Shown here: piece by piece, positions 37,089-50,397 of the stretch | How positions within the stretch are numbered: the first letter of the stretch is position 1 | Layout of the letters: every line of letters begins with the position of its first letter | Source: Macrostomum lignano | Taxonomy: Eukaryota | DNA length: 64,000 nt | Assembly: GCA_002269645.1 (NCBI GenBank) | Contig: NIVC01001655.1 | Span: 62,001-126,000, forward strand | Reading direction: 5' to 3' | The notes under the pieces: generated by a model | The model's input: only the letters and a program-made list of their open reading frames with translations | What the model was told of the DNA's origin: nothing | Database searches by the model: none | Made by a program: the position numbers and the translations under genes

Positions 37089-37762
37089 TCAATTTGCACT
37101 AATCACTGAATTATTTGCAGCAGTTAGCTTGACTTGGCTTTTATTTTTATTCACCGGAGAAACTACATTGAGCAGACGCATGCTATCGGTATGCAACTGA
37201 TTCATGGACCGAGCTCCACTGAGAACAAAGAAGCCGCTGTGAAAAAAGCAGGACATTTACAAAACTTTAAATTGAAAATTAAAACAGAAAAGGCTTCTGG
37301 TTCACATTCAACGTTTGGAATAATTGATTTCAACATCAATAATGAAAGTTCGGGAACGAAATGGGAGCTGTCCATGAGCAGTAATAGTTTTAATTCGAAC
37401 ACAAATTATTTGATGAGGCAGCAGTTGAGCCAGGCACTTTTCGATGCAGCATAGACACGAAGCGACGGGCAGCCCTTTTGGCGTCTGCGTGGTTCTTGGC
37501 ACCGCAGATGATCAGTTTTCCAGTAGGGTAGAGTAGCAGAGCGACTCTGGGACTCCGCATCCGCTTGATGAGCACCCGGGGCCAGACGGGCCGGTAGATC
37601 ACATGAGCCATGCTGAGAGCCAGTTCCCGTAGAGGCAGCTGGGCACCCCTGTCTCCATCCAGCCTCAGATCCATGCAATCCGCCAACAAGATTGGTCACT
37701 TTTAGGGCTGTAGCTGGTGGGCTCATTGCCGTTGACTTCTTCACCAAATCTGCTTCCACCAT
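37089..37762 (-). pseudogene. Intronless, divergent TATA-binding-protein-fold gene with ~4 frameshifts
   Basis: Repeat 1: LKVTNLVG / ELALSMAHVIYRPVWPRVLIKRMRSPRVALLLYPTGKLIICGAKNHADAKRAARRF; repeat 2: RIKTITAHGQL / NVECEPEAFSVLIF / FFHSGFFVLSGARS, spread over successive frames. Confidence 0.75.
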
Positions 37763-38084
37763 ACTCACTGCTCTAGTGCCATGCACACTGCTCGATTCTT
37801 AATTTGGTGCAAAACTTTGGCTTAAGCCAACTGTAGTGCAGCAATGAATTTCTCACTGCACAGCCAGTGTCTGAATCTGCTCGACTCGAGCAGCCAGCTC
37901 AAGTTCGGATTCTGCAGCTGCTGAAGACCCGCTGGGCCTTGTCCTTTCCAATGCAGTGTCATATCTTGACTCAGGTAAGCTGATAGCAGACTCCTTGCAG
38001 TTGCCGAGGCACTCTACAGTATGTGTTTTTAGAATCTGTTGGCGTAGACTGAGCTACCCTTGTTTCCTCTAATGGTAGACTGGG

Positions 38085-38272
38085 CAGGCGAGAGGAGAGG
38101 ACAGGAGAGGAGAGGAGATAAGAAGAGACAGGTGAGAGAAAAGAGCTGAGAAAAGACACAAACCTTGAGCGGGCCGGATTGCTATTGTGAAGTTTCAAAG
38201 GACCCGAGGGCCGGATAGAGAGGCTTTGGAGGCCACATGCGGCTCGGGGGCCGGTAGCTTGCCGACCCCTGC
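38085..38272. mobile_element. Truncated copy of the hAT-like GA-microsatellite MITE
   Basis: Arm near-identical to 14105-14225; minus-strand terminus CAGGGGTCGGCAAGCTACCGGCCC. Confidence 0.7.
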
Positions 38273-38782
38273 TATAGACAGTGCATTCTGCATACGGCTA
38301 TATCAAGTTAATTGTCTGTCAGCTATACCAAACATTCGACCGCACCCAGAGTACTTCAAATAGACCCAGAAGCGCTGCGAGACACTTGGCCCACTCACTG
38401 CATTCGTGCAAAAAGTACAGTAGAAAAACGAAAAACAAGTTTCGGACAAATTGAGTCCCCTCTGCTAGCTTGAGCATAGCTATTCATACAGATTGTGTAC
38501 AGCTCCTGCACACGTACGTTTTTTAAACTCAACAGGGCTTTTATTTAAGAAATGCTTTTCTTGAATAATGGCTCGTGTACTGGCTTCTTGTCTCTGTTAT
38601 ATATCACTGCTGTCACAGATGCACTTTCGTTAACCCTCCGTCTGTTTTTTCTATTATTATTTTACCGTCCCTATGGGCACAGGGCGAGCATTATAAAGCA
38701 GCTTATACGCAAGTAACCTGATAAAACGAGAGTCTTCTATAGTCAGCAGCCGAGCAACTATCTGCGAACGAAAGTGATAGAA

Positions 38783-40923
38783 ATGGCAGCAGCTGGTCGA
38801 CGGAGCAGCTACGAAAATAACCAGGTAATTAACTAAATAACCACCTCGTTTCTAACTGACTTTGTACAACTTAGCTGTATAGAGGTCAGCAAAATCCACA
38901 TACGGGCCCACAAAGCCTCTCTCTATCGGGCCGTCGGGTCCTTCGAAACTTCACAATTAGCAATCTGAACCCTCAAAGGCTTCTCTCTTTTCTTAGCTCA
39001 CATATCTCTAATCTCTCCCTTCTCCCTTCTCTCCTTTCTTTCCCTTCTCTCCTCCTCTCTCCTCTTCTACGCTATCTCTCATCTCATCCTTTATCTCCCC
39101 ACCTCTCATTTCTACTATTTTCTTTTCTCTATTTTCGTTTTTAAAAGTCTACGAGTAGTCGTAAGTGTTCAACAGACTTGGCTCGAACTTATAAAATACC
39201 GAGAAAGATAGATGAAAATGGTCTGTACGAGTACAAAGCTTTATCTCTGTATCCTATAAGTAGTTTCTGTGGTCGCTCGCAATTAAAAGAAATGATTTTC
39301 TTCATATCTTTGCAGGAAACCGCTAGGCTGCTAGACTCAGAGAGTTCGGAGTCAGCTGAAGATCAGCCAGTCGAGGTCAGTCCCATTTGCAAGCTAAAAT
39401 GCCTCGTCCTTGGCCTGGTCATTGTCGTCATCGGGGTCGTTGCATCACTTAACGAAGGCACGGTGACCTACCAGGAAAAACACAATAAAAGTAGGCTCAA
39501 CAAAAGTAGCTGGCGATGGTACAACAGGGACAACCCAAACCTTTGGGTCTGCTGGGCCATCAAGTGCATTCAGTTGTTGATGGGGATCTTGTCAGTTGTC
39601 TTCTTGCTTAAAGAAGTAATGAAAAAAGGATACTTATCAAATTTGCCTCGATTTCAAGAACTACCAAAGAAATTTTCCAACTATCCAACCACAATGTTTA
39701 TTTCAATATTCATCATATTTGCCATCCTTGGCATAGTCTGTGCCATTGCTGAGACAATTAGCGAGCTCATCAATTCAATTGATCCTAATGTATACGAGAT
39801 GCTGCCGTACGCGGATGTACTGCGCTGTGTCCTGCTGTTTGCATTCATACTACTGCAGGCTTGGTTCTTTACTAAAAACAATCGGATGTGTCTGAATTGG
39901 AAGCTGGACGGAGCCTGGGTAGCCATGACAATTATACTGGCTACCAATGTGTCATTGTGGTTCTTCTACATCTCCTATGAAATTTCCAAGATAGCCGGGG
40001 AAAACCACGCTTGCGATACCAATGAAACAACGAGGAAGAAACTTCACGAGAGCTTTGATATGATAGTCGAGATCATGTTCCCGTTTCTGATTGAATTCTT
40101 TCTCATGGGAGCCATACTGGCAGCCAGTTTCTTGTCTAACATTGGGCGGCTGAGCTGTATTTTAAAACAGCTGCAGCAGAGTGTCCCCTACCTGACTAAC
40201 GGCGCTGAAATGAATTTCAAAGACCATCTTCGTAAACACCTGCACAGCCTGCTCTTAGGAATAGCGTTGGCCGGTTCAGCTATCCTCATCTCCTTGATGA
40301 TGAAACTGTTCACATGCGAAAGAGAACCGTGGCACCTCCTGACACTCTACATTCTGGCCGTACTATTCGTGGCCGGATCGGTATGCTGCGTTGTGCTGCT
40401 GCGAGCCTTCAGGGTAGACGGGGAGGCTAAAGTTGAGACGAAGGCTCGAACTGCGGCAGACAGGCTGATGCTCTGGTTCTGTGTTGTGGCCCTAGTAGTA
40501 GATGAACTGAACCGGTTATGGGGCTTGTTTCAGAGTGACAAGCCGCTCTACAGTGCTATTGGCACCGGTTTGGTTATTGTGTTTGACATCGTACAGAGCG
40601 TGCTGCAAGTGTACGTGCTCGAGTGCATCCTGCTGAGGCTGGAAGTGCGGGTAGGCGGCAGTCCCCGTTCTCAGGGCGGCAGTGTTGGCGCTCGCTTACT
40701 CACCGTTCTCATGGTGATCAATGCGCTTGAGTGGCTGGTCAGCGCCGTAGCCTTCAGTCTGTTTTTCTTCAACAGCAACAGCCAAAGAAGTGCAGCCACT
40801 ATGGCTCTGGTAGTGATTAGCGCACCTCTGCAGGTGTTCTTCCGGTTTCATTCGGTTGGCTGCATCCATGAATTTCGGGAGCACTGTCGCGAGGTCGACT
40901 CGACGAGCCCAGCATCCCGATAG
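38783..40923 (+). CDS. Otopetrin-like proton channel, copy 2 (2 exons, 549 aa)
   Basis: Exon 38783-38824 (MAAAGRRSSYENNQ) and exon 39316-40923; near-identical TM core to copy 1; intact ORF. Confidence 0.85.
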
Positions 40924-41897
40924 CACCTGGGTATGGAGATGTGGTATGATCTGCTGTCAAAGCTGAAAAATCGCATCAATCGGACGCCATGTTGCCATAT
41001 TATGCAAGACTTTCTGCAGTTTTACTTGTAATACATACTATAACTATATCTAACTATTACTATACTTAAACTTTCGGTGAAGAGCTGAAAACAATCTTTA
41101 ACTTAACTAAACTTACTGTAAATGTGTTTAACAGATAACTGTTAGAATTTTTTTCCCGCGATTTTTCCGGAAAATTGAATATCTTATTTATACGCTGGCT
41201 AAGTACGAAGCGGTTATTCGACCATCCCTTCAGTTCATTAAGCCTTGCCTCTGTTTATCGGTTTTTCTCTTTCACCGTATAGTTTACGGCTTTTCTTCTT
41301 ATTTCTCTTTCCCTCGCTGCCCTCTGATTGGCTCTTCAATCTCGCCTCTCTTCAGCCGCGCACTCCACCCCTACTTTTTTCTTATTACGAGTGCGCGTAC
41401 AATCAAGTCCACCTACTTATTTGAATGTCTTATAGATATAATCGTTTTGCACCTTCACCCCCACGTAGCGATTAATTTTATTCTTAAAATATATTGTTAT
41501 CTTTTTTGTGTAGTCTTTACCAGTAGAAGTATCAACGGTAGAACCGTTGATACAGAGCCACTTAAAACAGTAGACAATTTCTTCTGTTGCGCCGGAATGG
41601 AGCAACGCAAGCACACGGAATTTCTGAAAACGGGCTAACTTTTTTCTTTTCTCTGCAACTTCTCAAAACAGGAATCTATTCGCCAACCCTCCAGACTGTC
41701 GAGATTTTCAACGATTCTGCCAGCAGGTTGGATTTTCCTCTCAGATTCCCCTGGTGCCATCGGTTAAAAAGGCCGACGGCGTCAGGGTGATGACGAAATG
41801 CTCAAGAGACTTGCTTTGGATGTCCAGCAGTTGAGGTTTGCTCACTGTCGAGGCTTGGTGAGCGAAACTAGAAAAATATGAATCCGGGTGTCAATAG

Positions 41898-42740
41898 TAG
41901 GGGTGTTCGTGTTTCCATTTTTCCGGGTTCAGGGTTTACCCAAAGGGACACCCAACCCGAAACCCGACCCGGACTGAAACCGACCCGACCCGAACCCGAA
42001 CATTCCCTGAAGGGTGAACGCTTAATCTCAGGCTTTCTGTGATGATCTTTTTTCCAAGATTGACGACTGAAGGGATTTACTCGTCCTGAGGTACCTCTAG
42101 TAGTCTACTTCTCGTTCTCATTTGCACGAGAATTCTCATCTCCTTGCTCCTTAACTCCTATTTCTAGTCATCAGCTGGCAATCTCAAGTCTTCACTCGTC
42201 TTCTCCCTATAATTTGACTCCTCATTCTTAAGATCTTAGCATTGAGTTTAACATCTACTTATCCAAATGTTTACCAACTTGGCTTCAAGTTGTCATTGTT
42301 AGCGCAACATTCGAGTGTAGCTTAATGAAGAATTGGAAAATAAAGGTTTAACACCCTTTAATTTTTTTATTTAACACTTTTGAATCTACCGCGAAAAAAA
42401 CAAAAAATGGCCTTTATTTACTATTATAATAATTTATAACAATTGCATAGCATACATGTAGGTTCGAACTTTAATACAAGCATTAAATCGTTTTTCAAAG
42501 TTTAAATATTCGCCTTTTAATACTTAAAAAGCGTTGCATAACGACATTAGGAGAAATTTATTTTAAAATAGCTAAAGTTTTTTCCTTTGAGCCCAAAAAC
42601 CTCGAAAACTCGAACCCGAACACCTAACCCCGACCCGAAAACCCGAACCCGAACACCCGACCCGATCGACCCCGAACCCGGTACCAAAACCCGACCGGAA
42701 ACCCGACCCGACCCCGAACCCCAAACCCCGAACACCCCTA
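41898..42740. mobile_element. Non-autonomous hAT (Ac-like) MITE, 843 bp
   Basis: Perfect 12-bp TIR TAGGGGTGTTCG (41898-41909) / CGAACACCCCTA (42729-42740); 8-bp TSD GTCAATAG / GTCCATAG (7/8); subterminal (A)CCCGA repeats at both ends. Confidence 0.9.
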
Positions 42741-43759
42741 GTCCATAGCCACCTGGTGCCACCTGTTGAAGGTCCAGACGCTCCACCTATGTGAAGGCCA
42801 GTAACCAACAAAGTCAGAGTTGATGCAGACACATTTGGTCGACGTGCTGATGAAATTTGGAGGAGTGGCAAGACTGCACTGAGGCGCAGTGCTGTTTGGC
42901 GAACAGTTGTATATTGAATACACTATAGCGCTAAAAACTGACCTTCTGACAGAACTGTTGAACGTCTCAACCGTCCGGAGAGCTGGCGACTTGATTCTTG
43001 TTTGAGAAGGTGCGCAGCAAACATTTAGTCCGTGCTCTGGAATTTCGTGTGCTGCCCAGCTTCGTTTCGGCACAGCAAAAAAAGTTCAGGTGTATTTTCC
43101 ATGGTAGTTTGACTAAAAATGGCTTTGTGTTCCTGTTGTTAATGACGGATGACAAAGGCTTCAAGGCAGTAAGCGCCGCAGTGAGTGCTAAGCGCTTGAA
43201 CTTGGGTGCTTGAAAAGCCAGGCATCGACCAACCAGAGTTGCGTGCAGAGCTGTCGTCGTCGGAAAACTAAAAATTATCGACTTTTCCGTGACTATGCAG
43301 CTCCAACACCAGTAGCTTGATTTCCCAAGACTCTCGCGCAATTAATTTTCTAGCCAGGTGAATGCCGAAGAAGCTTCTTTTCGTAAATCAATCAGAGCTG
43401 TTCTGTTTAAGCATTCGTGCGGGGTCTGCTGTCACCTAATGAAGATGTGATGTGACTAGGATGATGATACAAGCTACCATGAGGGTTTGGTTCGTCTAGA
43501 ATCAGGGACGTTATTAGAGGTGTCTATTTCAGAATTGGAGTTAAATTTACATACAGTCAACAACAATATGGAGTGCATTAGTTTGCTTTTAACAACCAAA
43601 AAGACCGGCTGCACGCATCGAGCAAGCATTGGAAGCATCCTTAGCTACTCGAGTTTGCAACCACTTCCTTTCTTTAAAATTCTGCTATCAATTCGGCATG
43701 CTCGTAGATAAGAACAAGGACAAACTAAAGCAATGTATACAGGAATCGACACTCACGTT

Positions 43760-44340
43760 TCATGGAAAAGCTTTTGAAGGCCACTTTTCGCCGAAAAATA
43801 CACTACGGAAATAGGAGGTTTTCATGTTTCAGCAAAAAAAATGTTATTGCTTTCGATAGGAGGCAGACCCAATGTTTATCTTTTGATATGCTGTGCCTCT
43901 CTTATTGCTTTATTTAGAAAATTATATTATATGTTTGTTACATGTACCTAAAAATCATAAAAATGCATGGCACAGCTCGAATCATTGGTTTTTATGAGTC
44001 TATTTTATCAATTCTGTTACAAATATTGTTATACAATCAGCTAAGAATGACAAAATAGATTTAAAAAGCAATGAGCTGAGCCGTGCCATTTCAATGGTTT
44101 TTAGGCACAGGACAAGCAATTATACGTAAAATGAGAAAGTAACATAGAATCCTAATTTTCAAAATGAAAAACTTTGTGAATATCGATAGACCTACAAAAA
44201 AGGGACAACATATCAAAAGATGAACATTGGGTCTGCCTCCTATAGAAAGCAATAACAATTTTTGGGCTGAAAAATGAAAAATGTCCTGTCTCCGTAGTGT
44301 ATTTTTTGACGAAAAGTGGCCTTCAAAACATTTTTCATAG
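43760..44340. mobile_element. MITE with long (~150 bp) imperfect terminal inverted repeats
   Basis: TTTTGAAGGCCACTTTTCG...GGAGGCAGACCCAATGT...TTTTGATATG on the left matches the reverse complement of ~44205-44328; superfamily and TSD unresolved. Confidence 0.85.
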
Positions 44341-45285
44341 ATTTGGAGTGTTACATCCTTCTACTTTAGTAGTCATTGGATACGAATAGATGGATGAAAG
44401 TGTCGGCACTTGCAGCGAGGGGTTGCGCATCGGGTAATGATTTCTGGGTGTACTTTCTGCTTTGTGCGATCCCATCGGCGATTCCATTTTCAGTACCGTT
44501 GTTTTCTTGGAAAGAAGCCTGTAGGAAAAAGTCCAGATTCGAGTTCTAATTCTTCTCTAGAATTTTGTCAAGGATGTGAACAAACTCTGTTCAGCTTTCA
44601 TCCTTCGTCCTGGCCTTTGCTGCGCCGAGTAGAACAACTATAGCCGCTAGTATTGCTGATTAGATTTCTGGTGATTCGAAAGATTTTTCCGAAGGAAAAT
44701 ACCTGGAGACGTTTTATGTTGTCAAGATATAAAACTCTGCCGATTATGTCATTTATCTGAGCACTGAGACAATAGGAAGCTGCGGTTGGCAAAAAAAGCG
44801 ACAGACCCTTTGCGATTTCTTCATAATAATGAATATGGAATTAATGCATTTATGAAGGCAGGAAAAACTTTTGTCCTGAAAGCCCCCTTCATGACAACTA
44901 GCTCGTACTCTCCAATTTTTCCACAGGTAATGCTGATTCGAAATGCTATTTATAGATCGGATTAACCAGAGCCAAATTACGGCTGTCAAAGTACAGTTCA
45001 AGAGGGGTTTTACTCGGTGAGAAAGTGAAATTGTCTTCGAAGAGAAATGGGAAATAATCTTATTGTAAGCACTGATTAGACCACTCGTGCTTTTTTACGA
45101 CTTCTTAAAGAAATAATTGTGACGTAGAAAACAGCTAATCTAGCGGGAATTTAAAAAAATAATTTTCAATCTTGGAAGTGTTTAAGAAATGTTTCTATTT
45201 TGCTTTACTTGTCAAGAAGTAAATTGTCTTCGTAAGGTTGCAAAGGTTTGGGGTTGGATGCTGTTCTTACTCGGTCTCCACTGAA

Positions 45286-46112
45286 CAAGGACGTCGCCAT
45301 GGATTTTATGGTAGGGGGGGGGACAAAGCCGAGAATTCTACATGTACATGTACATGATTAAATTTCTATATGTAAATTATTTCCGAATCGGCGTTTTCAT
45401 CAATAATTTTGGCGCCGCATGCAGGCACTCATTTTAGCGTCGCAGGCACTCATTTTAGCGTCGCAGGCACTCATTTTAGCGTCGCAGGCACTCGGGTCGC
45501 AGGCACTCATTTTAACGTCGCAGGCACTCATTTTAGGGTCGCAGGCACTCATTTTAACGTCGCAGGCACTCATTTTAACGCTGCAGGCACTCATTTTAGC
45601 GTCGCAGGCACTCATTTTAACGTCGCAGGCACTCATTTTAACGTCGCAGGCACTCATTTTGGCGCTGCAGGCACTCATTTTGGCGCTGCAGGCACTCATT
45701 TTAGAGCCGCAGGCACTCATTTTAGCGCCGCAGGCACTCATTTTGGCGCTGCAGGCACTCATATTAGCGCCGCAGGCACTCATTTTGGCGCTGCAGGCAC
45801 TCATTTTGGCGCTGCAGGCACTCATTTTGGCACCGCAGGCACTCACTTTGGCGCCGCAGGCACTCATTTTGGCGCTGCAGGCACTCATTTTGGCGCTGCA
45901 GGCACTCATTTTGGCGCTGCAGGCACTCATTTTGGCGCTGCAGGCACTCATTTTGGCGCTGCAGGCACTCATTTTGGCGCTGCAGGCACTCATTTTAGCG
46001 CCGCAGGCACTCATTTTGGTGTTGCAGGCGCTATGTTATGTCGCCCTGAACCAAAATTATTGACTTTCCATAACGGGTCAACAAGGTGTGGTTGGGGGAC
46101 AAAGCATTGGCA
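45286..46112. mobile_element. Right-truncated copy of the hAT MITE at 57928, with an internal 21-bp minisatellite (GCAGGCACTCATTTTGGCGCT, ~45420-46030)
   Basis: Left end CAAGGACGTCGCCATGGATTTTATGGT and both unique flanks of the array match the 57928-59187 element. Confidence 0.85.
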
Positions 46113-46477
46113 TCGCGGTGCATTGTGTACTCTTTCCGGGCTAACATTGAGGTCTTAGAAGCCTTCTGAATAAAATAAGATGGTCCACCATGTCATACTC
46201 ACTTTTTGGCAGACTAAAAGAAAACATCGTGTGGAACTAGCGGCATAAAATACAGCTGGAATTCAATTTTTCTGTCTGGCAACCAATAAAAAACCGCGGC
46301 AGCCTCACTAGTTTTGGATTGGCTGACAATTTTTGTATATTTGCCCATAAATCTGATGCGCGGTGAAGAGCGCAACACTTGGACCTGCTTCTGTAGGTGA
46401 ACTGCAGTGGATTACCAACTCTTTGAGGTAAGACCGAGCATTTGGGTGGTTTGAAAACACAGAATTAAAGCTAAAGT

Positions 46478-47115
46478 CTGTGCCAGTCTGTGCTAGTCAG
46501 TGCCAGTCAGTGCCAGTAAGTGCCAGTCAGTGTGTTTCAGTGAAAGTCAGTGTGTTTCAGTGCCAGTAAGTTCCAGTCTGTGCCAGTCAGTGCCAGTCAG
46601 TGCCAGTAAGTGCCAGTCAGTGCCAGTCAGTTCCAGTCAGTGCCAGTCAGTGTGTCTCAGTGCCAGTAAGTGCCAGTCAGTGCCAGTCAGTGTGTCTCAG
46701 CTCCAGTCAGTGTGTCTCAGTGCCAGTCAGTGTGTCTCAGTGCCAGTCAGAGTATCTCAGCTCCAGTCAGAGTGTCTCAGTGCCAGTCAGTGTGTCTCAG
46801 CTCCAGTCAGTGTGTCTCAGCTCCAGTCAGAGTGTCTCAGCTCCAGTCAGTGTGTCTCAGCTCCAGTCAGTGTGTCTCAGCTCCAGTCAGTGTGTCTCAG
46901 CTCCAGTCAGTGTGTCTCAGCTCCAGTCAGTGTGTCTCAGCTCCAGTCAGTGTGTCTCAGTGCCAGTCAGAGTATCTCAGCTCCAGTCAGAGTGTCTCAG
47001 TGCCAGTCAGTGTGTCTCAGCTCCAGTCAGTGTGTCTCAGCTCCAGTCAGTGTGTCTCAGCTCCAGTCAGTGTGTCTCAGCTCCAGTCAGTGTGTCTCAG
47101 CTCCAGTCAGTGTGT
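46478..47115. repeat. 10/20-bp minisatellite (GTGTCTCAGCTCCAGTCAGT)
   Basis: Tandem units read directly. Confidence 0.95.
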
Positions 47116-47780
47116 CATTATGCATAACAAAGCGCTCGTCTGTCTCGGGTTGGCATGGGGGGGGGGCAAGTTCAACTCAATGTGAAGATGGAGAGGAAGG
47201 CAAACTAGCAATGCAGCTAGGCAAAGATGGGGGGCTGCACCCAACGGTTGCCATAAAAGCAGGTAGCCAAGCAATTAACACCTGACCAACAGAAGCGTCT
47301 CGCACGCAAAATAACTCCGAAAAATTTTATTGTCAGCACCTTATTAGCATAACAAAAGTTTTATAATTATTGGGAAAGTCTCTGCCGCTCCGGGGCCGGT
47401 TGGAAGAATCACATTTTATTACCTTGGGCTCCTTATGGCGTACTTCAGAAGCACCTTTTCTTTATGGGAGCCACGCTAGGGAGTGAAAAACTTCTCGAGT
47501 GGGTACGGCCGCGATTTACTGCCTAAAAAAACCCATTTTCTTAGCAAAATACAAGCACTGCAGACAACTAAGGCGTGACTTTGTCTTTGTGTAAGCTGGA
47601 AGTATTCAAAAAGATTTTAAATTTTGTCAGAAAAGCAGCAAACCCCGTGAGTACAGTGATTTAGGTGAGCGAAACATAACAGTTGAGTGCTTTTGAAATG
47701 TAAGACTCTTTCTTATACCTGACAGCTTCCGTGTACCTTTTCAGGACTGCCTGATATATGTGTGCAGGTTATTTACCGGT

Positions 47781-48111
<331 letters not shown>

Positions 48112-48296
48112 CATTGTTTAGATAGTCCGATATCCACTAAACAACCGCGTCTTTTAGCTAGGACAAATGGTTCACCAATATGTAGGGATTTTGGCCCGTC
48201 ATAACAAGATTCTGTTATTCTTTCTCCAAACCTCCTAAGATTTCCTCGCAAACCCTATTGATACACTGCAGCCGTAGCTGGACATTGGTTGTCAAG

Positions 48297-49938
48297 ATGA
48301 TTTTCGAAGTCGCGAATCTCCGCAGCCTGCTGCTAACTGCTGCTTTGTTGGCCACTCTTGGCAACTGCACGCTGCTTGACGATGAGTACCGACTGGAGCG
48401 TCACCTGAAGTCTCTGGAGTATAGCACCAACATTGTGCCCATCCGGGATAAGACAAAGACGAGACAGGTGAAACGTTTTGCACGCACGCGTAGCATTCCG
48501 AGAGTACAGCTCAATATTATGAGCTAGAGTGACAAGTGGATGCGGGTAGTCATTGGTCTGCTCACCTATCTAAGTAAGGGTGTCTTTGGCAGGATGATAT
48601 TAGCTAACCGTGAGAGATTAAAGGTGAAAGATTCGATAAATATCGCAAGTTTTTTATTCAGTTACAAATAAAAGACTTCTCTGCAGCAAGTCAACATTAA
48701 TTTAATCAATTCACTGTATGGGCTCAGATTTTTAATTGATTGATTTCTAACCAGAGCAATAATTATATCTTTAAGTAATAGCTCGTACCGCACCAATGCA
48801 GGTTATATTTATGGCCTTCCATCCGGTGAGCCTCGTTGAGCTGAACGGCGCTAGCCAGGTCATCAAAGTGATGGGGATGCTCAGCATTCGCTGGTTCGAT
48901 GAAGTGCTGGTGTGGAACAAGACCCACTTTAACGTGTCCTTCTTGCGCCGGACTCCTGAGGAGATCTGGTACCCCAGCGTCTACGTGTTCAATGGCAACA
49001 GCATTCTGAAGCCCGAGCTGCCGATCGGCCTGTACCACCTCAACAGCTCCGTCACAATGGCCTACGCAGTCTTCAAGCAGACCTTCGAGGTCAACTGCCA
49101 GATGAACATGAGCAAGTTTCCCTACGACACGCAGGCTTGCCAAATCATTCTGGTCGTGGACTACGACACGGATATACCTCCGGTACTGAGCCTACAGGAC
49201 CGCAAACGCAACTACCGAGCTGCCTACTTTGAGCACAGCGAGTGGCGCCTCGCAGACCTGCGCAGCCAGCCAGAGAACCTGTGGTTCAATTTTTCCCAGG
49301 TCGACCAGACTAAAAACACGCTGCAAGCCTTTGTTGTCAGGATGGAGTTCCAGCGCCTCGGACTGTACTACACTCGCAACATCGTCATTCCGGTTACTAT
49401 GCTCACTATACTGCAGATGCTCGTGTTTGTCATTCCGATCGAGAGCAACGAGAAAATTACGTTCGGAGTGACGCTACTACTGGCCTTCACCATCTATATG
49501 CTGCTGTTTGAGAAGCTCATTCCCAAGGCTCCGACTGTGCCTGCAATCTTCTCCTTCATCACGAGCGCTGTTGTGCTGTCGGCCGTGTCAGTGCTACTCA
49601 GCTGCTGCGTGCTGGTTGTGTACTACATGCACGAAGAGCTGCCTATGCCGCAGTCCGTGCACTGGCTGCTGTTCGACATTCTGGCTCGTCTGCTTCGCGT
49701 CCACCTGCCCGCCCAGTACCGTCGCCGCCCCCAACATGCGGGAGTCGCGACTGCCGTTCTGGAGCTCAATGGCCAGGAACTGCTGCCCAACCAGCAGCCG
49801 CAGCCGCCAACAACTCTGAAGCCACAGCTCCGACACCGTTGGCGCCTCGCTGCTCAGGTTCTGGAGCGATTGCTGACGCTGCTGAGCATCCTGTGCGTGT
49901 GCGGGCTGTTGGGAAATTATTACAGGACCTTGCTGTGA
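48297..49938 (+). CDS. Divergent Cys-loop ligand-gated ion channel subunit 1 (nAChR-superfamily, non-alpha), 2 exons, 435 aa
   Basis: Exons 48297-48467 and 48802-49938; signal peptide; IWYPSV loop A; Cys-loop C-QMNMSKFPYDTQA-C; four TM helices; EKITFG before M2. Confidence 0.9.
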
Positions 49939-50397
49939 ACAGGCTGAGCTTTGATCATGCGACTAAAAGATACTTTTAGCGGAACGTTGATCGAGCCGTG
50001 CATGAAGTTCGTTGGAACTTGTCAAGTGCGCGCCCAATTCTTCAAGAGATCCAATGATAACTGAGAGTTTCATAGCCATGAAGCGATAAGTTTTCACAAT
50101 TTGTGACACAGTCAGTGACCTTTTCTAGTTTCTCTCGTTGAATTGACACTAGAATCGAAATCGACACTAGCACACTATATTGCCCACTATACCATCTGAA
50201 CTATTTGCTTGTTCCACTTCCATGACGATTAGTTTTATCAATTTGGAAACGTGAAACCAAGCAATCAATAATCTCTGTTGAACTCTTGCTGATCGTCTTG
50301 CCGCTGATCATATGTTTTATCTGCTTGATGGCCGACGCCATTGTATATGTTCCATAATTTCTAGACCAGGAGCTACCCTACTTCACTAGTGACAATG

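Noticed and set aside
45400-46158. AGTHF/MSACSAK repeat ORFs (also 57941-59056) resembling antifreeze or structural repeat proteins
   Set aside because: 21-bp array inside a TIR/TSD-bounded MITE.
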